This document shows, piece by piece, positions 54,920 through 64,000 of a stretch of DNA of 64,000 bases (positions within the stretch are counted from its first letter, which is position 1; each line of letters opens with the position of its first letter). Source of the stretch: Eledone cirrhosa. Its lineage: Eukaryota. The notes beneath the pieces are model-generated. The model worked only from the letters and a program-made list of their open reading frames with translations. It was not told the origin of the DNA and did no database searches. The stretch covers positions 22,196,001 to 22,260,000 of the forward strand of contig OZ024756.1 in NCBI GenBank assembly GCA_964016885.1, given 5' to 3'. The translations under genes and the position numbers were made by a program.

Positions 54920-55078
54920 ATAACGCACCAGAGTACTCAATACTTAGAGTGGTAGAGTGGGTAATAGGAAAATGTATGACTCCGACGGCAGAGCTCAAGC
55001 CGTTTCGTCGGCTATTCCTGGACTGAAATAGCCGTCGAAACGGCTTGAGCTCTGCCGTCGGGGTCATACATTTTCCTA
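54920..55078. mobile_element. Family A fold-back element (arms 54965-55078)
   Basis: Centre gtcggctattcc tggact gaaatagccgtc, then GAAA-CGGC...GCCG-TC-GGGGT. Confidence 0.75.
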
Positions 55079-55096
55079 TATATATATATATATTTT

Positions 55097-55131
<35 letters not shown>

Positions 55132-55409
55132 TAGTGAGTCAGTTATTTTAAATGAAAGAAAAAATACACGTACACACTTGACAACCTTCTTAAATATCTT
55201 GATATATGTCATAAAGTCTATTGAAACATACTCCAAAATTAATACTAACGGAAAGAAGATACTATCTTGTTAACCAGTAAATCAATCAACAAGTCAAATA
55301 GCTTCTCTGTATCAAATCAATCAGCTTGTCACTCGATCAACGACGCAGTAAGTTAAAGAATGTACATCGAGAATATTTTTATTGAAAACAATAATGCTGG
55401 TGCCTGTGA

Positions 55410-56592
55410 TAATTGTTTCTACTTTTGGCACAAGGCCAGCAATTATCCAGTGCATTACTGGTACTTTATTTTATCGACCCCGTAAGGATGAAAGGCAAAG
55501 TCAACCTCGGCGGGATTTGAACTCAGATCGTAAAGGGACGTAACTATGCTGGAAAGCATGACGTCCGACTCTCTGCCGATACTGCCAATCCACCGCCTTG
55601 ATAATGGTGCCTGTGATAATGGTAATAATTGTGTCTACTTTAGGCACAAGGCCGGCAATTGCCCAGTGCATTACTGGTACTTTATTTTATCGACCCCGTA
55701 ACGATGAAAATAAAGTCAACCTCGGCGGGATTTGAACTCCGATCGTTAAGGGACATAACTCTATGCTGGAAAGCATGCCGTCCGACCCTCTACCGATACT
55801 GCCAATTCACCGCCTTTAATAATGATGATTCTTATATAGGCACAAGGCCATCAATCTTTAGGAGAGGGGGAAAGTCGATTACATCGACCCCATTGTGTGA
55901 CTATTTTATCGACCCACGTGAGGATGAAAGGCAAATCTAACCTCGGCGAGATTTATCTCCATGCTGCAAAATATGGCGTCTGACCATCCACCACACTATG
56001 TTAAATGTTTCTACTTTTGGTACAAGGCCAGTAATTACCCAGTGCATTACTGGTACTTTATTTTATCGACGCCGTAAGGAGGAAAGACAAAGTTAACCTC
56101 GGTGGGATTTGAACTCAGAATGGCAAGGGCCGTAACTCTATGCGTCAAAGCATGGCGCCCGACCCTAATATTGGTTTCTTATATAGGCACATGGCCAGTA
56201 ATTTTGGGGGGAGGGGAACGTCGATTAAAACGACCACAGTGTGTGACTGATACTTTATTTTATCGATCCCCGTAAGGATGAAAGGCAAAGCTAACCTCGG
56301 CGGGAGTTGAACTCAGATCATAAAGGGCCGTAACTCCATGCTGCAAAGCATGGCGTCCGACCATCCACCGATACTGCCAATCCACCGGCCTATGATAGTG
56401 ATAATAATAATGGTTTTTTATATAGGCACAAGGCCAGCAATTTTTTGGGGGGGAGGAGAAACTCGATTAAATCGACTCCAGTGTGTGACTGGTATTGTAT
56501 TTTATCGACCCCGTAAGGATGGGTTAACCTCGGTGGGATTTGAACTCAGCTCATAAAGGGCCGTAACTCTATGCTGCAAAATATGGCGTCCG
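55410..56592 (-). mobile_element. Head-to-tail stack of six major-SINE copies
   Basis: Copies at ~55410, 55628, 55830, 56006, 56173 and 56412. Confidence 0.9.
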
Positions 56593-56722
56593 AAGACAAT
56601 TACTTTTGTTCATGCCTTTATGGTATTATCTGTATGCTAATTGGTTGTACCAAATCCTGCCTCAGATGTTATGATGACATTTGGTAACATATGGGATAAA
56701 AGCAGAATTCAAAGGAAGTTTC

Positions 56723-56783
<61 letters not shown>

Positions 56784-58066
56784 AGTGGTGGTAGTGGAAG
56801 TAGTAGTGAATTCTAATTAACGCATCAATCCCTAAATATTACAGTATATCTATCACGAACATGGTGAAATCCAAATGTAAAAATCTGGAGATAGAAAAAA
56901 CTCAAATGTGAATCTTGAAAACAGAAACAGTCCCTAAAATTATAGATTGGGAATGATAAAAAAAAAAATAAATAAATAAAAAAAATAAATGAATGAATAA
57001 ACAAAAATAAACAAAACAATAAGTAAACTGACACAGCTAGATACATAACGAAAACTAAGACTTATATACAGCGTACAGAAAATAGCAATTCTTTGCATTG
57101 CATATATATTACAAAGTATACTTGCATTACAAGAGAAACAACACACATACAAAACGCACAGCATCTACTCATGGCATATAGAGATGTAACGCAATGACGG
57201 TAACGCAATGACGACATGCAATCAGAAGAAGAAAAAAAAATACTTATAAAACTTAATGTCAACCTCGCATTCGTTACGAATATAGCTCTATCATCATTAT
57301 ATGTCCTACTACACTTAAATCAAACACTCCATCTCTGACTTGATTTACAGATTGAACATTATTTCTCCACACACACACACACACACACGCACAAACACAC
57401 CTGCACACACACCCGCACATCTCTTCATACCTCATCATCCCTCCTCACTCACACGAGTACTCTCTCCTTCCTTTCACCACTTTAGATCTCTCTCACTACT
57501 TATTTACGCAGGTCATATATATATTTCTTTTTAGTTTTGTTTTGTTAGTCTTTTCAACAGCAACTTCCGAAAACTATCTTACAAGTGCAATAAGTAATGG
57601 AATTTTAACAGTTTGCTCATTTCGTTGATAGATTTCGATGTCTGTTTCTGCTTTTCTGTTTTTTTTTTCTGTTATATTTTCGGTTTTGTCATTACTTTTG
57701 CGTCATTTTCTATTTTTGTTTTTCTTCTTCGTCATAATCGCGGTGCACATGTGGGGTTAATCGGTAAAGGTGTGATGGTTTGCAAAAATTAGTGATTAAA
57801 ATGAAAGATGCAAGAGATAAGTCACAGAAAAAAAAAAATATGTGTACAAAAAACTTACAAAAAAAACTTACAAAACCCATCAAGGAATGTCACCTCGGTT
57901 GCTAATCATATTCACTGAACATTAATTTAGAAATGTAACGGTGCTTTCAACTCCAATGAGTTTCTAGGTTGAATTGAACGGAGTTACCTTTGGAGGCTCT
58001 TCCTAATCGTTCTTTGAAACACACATTTCCACATATTAGTCAACCAGCCTCCATATCTACTTCCGC

Positions 58067-58124
<58 letters not shown>

Positions 58125-58907
58125 TATTTATACGCCAGTCCTATAAACTGTTGAGTGCTACTTATCCGATATTTGCATTGCTTTATTGTGCTACAATAAA
58201 ACTCACCTCCTACATTATATATATATATATATAGATAGATAGATATAGATATAGACTGTCTCACTCTCTCTCTCTCACTATACATACACAGATGCACACA
58301 CGTACACACACAAACAATCGTTTCTCTATCTCTGTGTGTGAGCGCGCGCGTGTGCGGGTGAGTATGTGTGTGTATATATAATATATATATATATATATAT
58401 ATCGGCTGGTCTCTTCCTCACACTTCCACTCACTCACTCTCTGCTTCTCCTCCCCCCTCTTTCACTTCCTCCCGTTTGGCCTGTGTGAAATCCTTTTCTC
58501 GCTCACATCTCACCCATGTCGGATGGTCTGTATCTCTCGTCCATGAATTCACCAAGCTTAAGCTTATAGATATCATGTACTTGTTTCTTCCTATCTTTCC
58601 GTTGCAATACTATCATTGTTTGTTTACATGTCTCGCTCGTTTCACCCTATTTTACTAGTCCCAATAACTTTATTGAGTTATTGCTCGCGCCAACCAGAGG
58701 TATATGATTTTTAAAGCGATGAAATATCAATGAAAGTTGGAAGATCACTGATGAAGGACTAATTTTATTCATATGTAACCCATGTGTAACCATGCAGCTC
58801 TCCATTTTTCTCATATTTCTCTCTATATATATATATACAAACGTATCTAAATATATATCAAATTAAGAGCAGTGAAGACGGGGTTAATTCACCGAAATCG
58901 CTTTATT

Positions 58908-58958
58908 GCATGATATCAATTTCTGTTATATGGTTATACACGTGACTTCATCAGATGC
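58908..58958 (-). ncRNA. Type I hammerhead ribozyme
   Basis: Minus strand: GCAT-CTGATGA-A-GTCACGTG/CATATAAC-A-GAAA-TTGATA-TC-ATGC (two stem II mismatches). Confidence 0.7.
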
Positions 58959-59185
58959 TCATACAAACATAGGTATAATTATGCGATCATGGGGATATGA
59001 CCAGTGATTATAACGCATTTTTATTTAATAAATGAATTCTCCGTCACTCCTAACCAGCAACGTTTAGCTAGCATAAACTACTGATGTAAAGTGCTTTGGG
59101 ATCGCTCGAACCAGCTGATGCTCACGAAGTTACAGCGTAACAACCACTTATTAGCATCTTATCTATATATATATGTGTGTGAATG

Positions 59186-59463
59186 AAGTAATTCCGTCGG
59201 AAAGGCCCAGGAAAAAAAGAGTGCTCTATGTGAATTACAGAGCTTATTAGTTATGTAATAAACAACATAAGATAATTATTTCATCTACCAGTGGTTTCTT
59301 GAAAGCAACCAAAATTGCTTTCATTCATGAGAATGAAAAAATCTTGGTGTCTTTATTATAATAAAGACACCAGGATTTTTTCATTCTCATGAATGAAAGC
59401 AATTTTGGTTGCTTTCAAGAAACCACTGGTAAATAAAATAATTATCTCATGTTGTTTATTACA

Positions 59464-59469
<6 letters not shown>
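59186..59469. mobile_element. Fold-back family D element (arms 59248-59469)
   Basis: Homologous to 32710-33243; centre gtgtctttattataataaagacac. Confidence 0.75.
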
Positions 59470-59540
<71 letters not shown>

Positions 59541-59967
59541 TATATATGGTCATGCTATCAATAAAAACACACTCAGCTGTGTTTTCACTTCAATTTATTA
59601 TAAATTTCTGGTTGGTTGATTCGATAACAGGATGGTTGTTTAAATATTGTCAAAGTTCTTTCATCACACATTCAGAACAATAGAGAGACACGAAATAAAA
59701 GCCCAGTCACTGAGAAGGTCACAGATGAGTGACGAAAGAGCGTTCACAATATATAAACAACCATCCTGTTATCGAACCAGCCAACCAAACGGAAATTTAT
59801 GATAAATTGAAGTGAAAACCAAACGGGTGCTTGTGTTGTTATTGGCAGCCTGACCCTCCAAAGTATAACAATATATGTTTCAACACACATTTTCTGATAA
59901 GAAATCTTGCAAAATAAATTCAAAAACGAACCATCTCTCTCTCTCATATACATATATATAACTATAG

Positions 59968-60004
<37 letters not shown>

Positions 60005-60367
60005 ATATATATATACAAATATAAGATAGATAGAGAGAGAGGGGGAGGCAGAGAGAGGGAAAGAAATAATGGAATTGAATATATATTATGTGTAGAGGCA
60101 GAACAATGGATCAAAATAGAAAATACATTTGTGTGTTTATCATACGAGAGTCAAGCTCAAAAGAAATATATTAACTGATTTAACATTGATTCGTTCGTAT
60201 GATGCATCAGCACGTCTCATTACGTAATGTTTATGTATATATATATATAGATTCGATATTTCAAAACACCATATGTTTGCTAAATGAGTTTGTGTTAAAG
60301 CTGCAACCTTTTCCAGTGTGTCGATGTTATATAAATTACACTCACAAAGACATTATATATATGTTTA

Positions 60368-60540
60368 TTCCGGGTTCATTCGGGGGTAATAACAGTAAGT
60401 AAGGGAGTCAATACATAGGAGGGTATACATATTTAATATAGAAATGGCTTCTACAGGACTAGAACTGTTTCATTCGGGAGAAATCATCGGGCTTCCTGGT
60501 GATTTCTCCCGAATGAAACAGTTCTAGTCCTGTAGAAGCC
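60368..60540. mobile_element. Family F fold-back element (palindrome 60446-60540)
   Basis: ggcttctacaggactagaactgtttcattcgggagaaatca / tgatttctcccgaatgaaacagttctagtcctgtagaagcc. Confidence 0.75.
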
Positions 60541-61068
60541 AATTTTCACAGAACATATGTTCATCGATTTCAGGGACTTGACTCCTTCTTCCTCCCGTTT
60601 GACCTGTGCGAAATTCTTTCCTTACTCACATTTCGAGAAAGTTTGATGGTCTTTATTCTCTCTCGTCCACGATTTCACAGAACTTATATTCATCGATTTC
60701 AGGGACTTGACTCCTTCTTCCTCACTTTTCGTTGCATTACCATCTTTATTTGTTTGTTTACTGTCTCGCTCGTTCCCCCTATTTACCTGTCCCAACGACT
60801 TTATTTAGCCGTTGCTCGCACCAACCAGAGGTATATGGTCTTTAAAGCGATGTCATACCAATGAAGGCTGGAAGATCACTGATGAAGGACTAAATGTATT
60901 CATATATATATATATATATTCGTTTATTTATCAAATATTTCTTCACAGGAGCCTTTATTCTTATAGACTGATCTAATTGATTTTTTATTTCGTTAATTAT
61001 GCTAGTTGGGAGAGGAAATAGTGTATATATTTTATCAAATGATTCTATGGACATAATATATGAATTAC

Positions 61069-61124
<56 letters not shown>

Positions 61125-61310
61125 AATTACACTCACAAAGAGACATTATATATATATAAATCCAACCGAGATTACTTTGCCTTTCATCCTTACGGGGTCC
61201 ATAAAATAAAGTACCAGTAATGTACTGGATATTTGCTGGCCTTGTGCTGAAAGTAGAAACAATTATATATATATTTATATTATATATATATAATGTTTGT
61301 GTGTGTAATT

Positions 61311-61344
<34 letters not shown>

Positions 61345-61744
61345 CGTGTATACATACATGCAACCATACTACATACACCTGAATGCAATGTACTAGTTAT
61401 ATGTGACTGTACGATTATATACCTACGCGTGTGCGTGTGTATTCATATGCATACATTCGAGAATATTATTAATATCTGTCTGAAAACAAAGGAATATAAT
61501 ATTTAAAGAGCAAAAAAACAAAATACAAAATGGCGTGTTTGTGTATTAAATTTTTTTGCGCTCTTTTTTTGGCCTTTAGTTATAATATTTCTCTCTACTT
61601 TAAACTCTTATCGTCTGTTTACTTGGGAAAATATGATAAACGTTAGTGTACGTGATGTAGTTGCCTCAGCTACGTAGACTTTGCGAAATGTTTACATATC
61701 TTCCTCGTCTTCATCATTATGATCCTTATCATAATGTTGCGGCA

Positions 61745-62200
61745 CTCCTTCGCCTTCTTTTCTCATTCTTCCCGCTTCTTTCTCCTCTTCGCTTCTTTTT
61801 CTTCCCCTTCTTTCTCCTCTTCGCTTCTTTCACCTTCCTCTTCTTTTTCCTCTCCGCTTCTTTTTCTTCGCCTTCTTTCTCCTCTTCGCATCTTTTTCCT
61901 CCCCTTCGTTCTCCCCTTCGCTTCTTTTTCTTCCCCTTCTTTCTCCTCTTCGCATATTTTGCTTCCCCTTCTTTCTCCTCTTCGCATCTTTTTCTTCCCC
62001 TTCGTTCTCCCCTTCGCTTCTTTTTCTTCCCCTTCTTTCTCCCCTTCGCTTCTTTTTCTTCCCCTTCTTTCTCCTCTTCGCATATTTTGCTTCCCCTTCT
62101 TTCTCCTCTTCGCATCTTTTTCTTCCCCTTCTTTCTCCCCTTCGCTTCTTTTTCTTTGCCTTCTTTCTCCCCTTCGTTTCTTTTCTACCTCTTCTTTCTC
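61745..62200. repeat. Polypyrimidine minisatellite (~30-bp units)
   Basis: Recurrent cttctttctcctcttcgcatctttttcttcccc. Confidence 0.9.
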
Positions 62201-62351
62201 ACATCTTCATCCACACAGCAATGCGTAATTTCAACGTCACCAATATCATTATCTTCAGCATCATCATAATCATCGTCATGATATATGATCATCATGATTA
62301 TAATCAACATCAACATCACTATCTTCAGGACATTATCCTCATCTACCATTA

Positions 62352-63010
62352 GGGCGGTAGATTGGCAGTATTAGTAGAGGGTCGGACGCCATGATTTCAA
62401 GCATAGTTACGTCCCTTTACGATCTGAGTTCAAATCCCGCCGAGGTTGACTTTGCCTTTCATCCTTACGGGGTCGATAACATAAAGTACCAGTAATGCAC
62501 TGGGTAATTGCTGGCCTTGTGCCTAAAGTAGAAACAAGTATTAGTAGAGGGTTGGATGCCATGCTTTGCAGCATAGAGTTACGGCCCTTTACGCTCTGAT
62601 TTCAAATCTCGCCGAGGTTAACTTTGCCTTTCATCCTTACGGAGGCAATAACATAAAGTACCAGTAATGCACTGGGGTAATTGCCGGCCTTGTACCAAAA
62701 GTAGAAACCATCATCATCGTCGTCATCACCATCAACATCACCATCGTCGTCGTCGTCACGATGATGATGATGATGAGCTACTATAGAACAAATAAACCCG
62801 TGGAACAATTACTATAACTACGATCATGATAACTACCATCAAAACCATTATTACCGATGGCATGGCAAAATCGTTAGAGCATCGGGCAAAATGTTTTTCG
62901 GTATTTGGTTTCGTCCCATAAGGCTCTGATTTCAAATCTCGCCTAAGTCAAATTTGCCTTTCACCCTTTCGGGGTTGATAAAATAAGTTACAAATCAAAT
63001 AATAGGACCC
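62352..63010 (+). mobile_element. Two major-SINE copies (62352-62709) and a diverged copy (~62860-63010)
   Basis: Diagnostic SINE motifs. Confidence 0.8.
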
Positions 63011-63837
63011 ATGTAATCGAATTGCTTGAGAGTATCTTGGCCTGTCTTCACCTTTTCAACCGACCCCCCTAATTGAAATAAAGTTGTGTATAGATCTCAA
63101 ATGACAAGTTTCTACTTGAGACATACTGAACAATATAGCCTGAAGCTTCCTTTTTGTAGAATTCTCGAGACTATCGAAAAAAAAAAAAAGGGAGAGGAGA
63201 AATAATACAAAAAAATCCTATGTTGCTAGAGTAGAAAGCAGCGTGAATGGTGTTACGTAGATATTTTGAGAGGACATACGTGGTCAGAATATTTGCAAAA
63301 CACTAGATGCCATCATGTATATTTAAGTTTATGATGTTAAACCGGAAGTTCAAAGCCGCTATTAAAGAATAAATTTACCACGAGACAATAAAGACTCATG
63401 GACACAGTCACACGAATTGCTAGAAATAGCAGCCAACGTTTGTTCAAATTAAACCGTGCAATCGTCAATAGGCAACGAAACATTGTAAAACATAGTCGAA
63501 GATATATACTGCGACAAGAATCGCATGACTAGAATGCATTTACTCATGTAGTAGCAGTATGTTGAAGATGTTTGCATTTTAACCTCCTTAATCCACGGTT
63601 TTTCCAATGCGACATCTTGGGTAAATCTTTTCTACAATACTTATGGTTTCACAAATATGTTGAGTGGAATTCTGTAGAAGAAGTCAGCACCGAAACGTTA
63701 TGTATATAACAGATAGAAAACTAAGATGAAGACGTTTCAGACATTTTGTTTATCTTAGACATATAATAAGACAGTAATGAAATGGAAATAGTGAGAGATT
63801 CATTCAAGTTCAATTATTATTATATCCATACAGGAGA

Positions 63838-64000
63838 ATGGTGGATTGGCAGTAATCGGTAAATAATCGTACAATATGCTTTGTAGTATATAGTTACCTT
63901 CTGAGTTCAAATCCCATCGAGGTTAGCTTTTCCTTTCATCCTTAAAATGTCGATAAAATAATGTACCAGTAAGGCACTGGGGTCGTTTTAATCGACTTTC
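63838..64000 (+). mobile_element. Major-SINE copy running off the window end
   Basis: gtggattggcagtaatcggt...gagttcaaatcc...tttcatcc...gtcgataaaata. Confidence 0.8.

Noticed and set aside
59710-59745. HHR-like CTGAGAAG-GTCAC/GTGAC-GAAA, and similar traces at ~29635-29675 and ~63672-63700
   Set aside because: Core or stems I/III too degenerate to call
61661-62269. F/S/P-rich and K/E/R-rich ORFs
   Set aside because: Translations of a polypyrimidine minisatellite

Overview
Eukaryotic, very AT-rich, microsatellite-saturated animal DNA. The dense tRNA-SINE content and (TA)n/(CA)n/(GATA)n landscape suggest an Octopus-like cephalopod, which is an inference. Almost every ORF in the supplied track is a microsatellite artefact. 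The best-supported host-gene element is a 114-nt, phase-0 minus-strand exon (52770-52883) carrying an RRVS PKA site and a PKI-like RxGRRxAIxD motif, so much of the window is probably intronic. Mobile DNA includes about 35 copies of one tRNA-derived SINE, CORE-like and other SINEs, RTE-clade and Tx1/L1-clade LINE fragments, a mariner fragment and a mariner MITE. The most striking signal is a population of short elements inserted into (TA)n tracts. They belong to about 10 different sequence families, carry type I hammerhead ribozyme (HHR) folds (at least 12 readable by eye, several with variant cores), and occur as fold-back palindromes, tandem ~190-nt units, or a 593-nt unit with terminal redundancy starting at the cleavage site. 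One is linked to a Penelope-like (PLE) endonuclease C-terminal motif. Together they look like a Penelope-driven, retrozyme-like system. All structure calls were made by eye and boundaries are approximate to a few bases unless stated.
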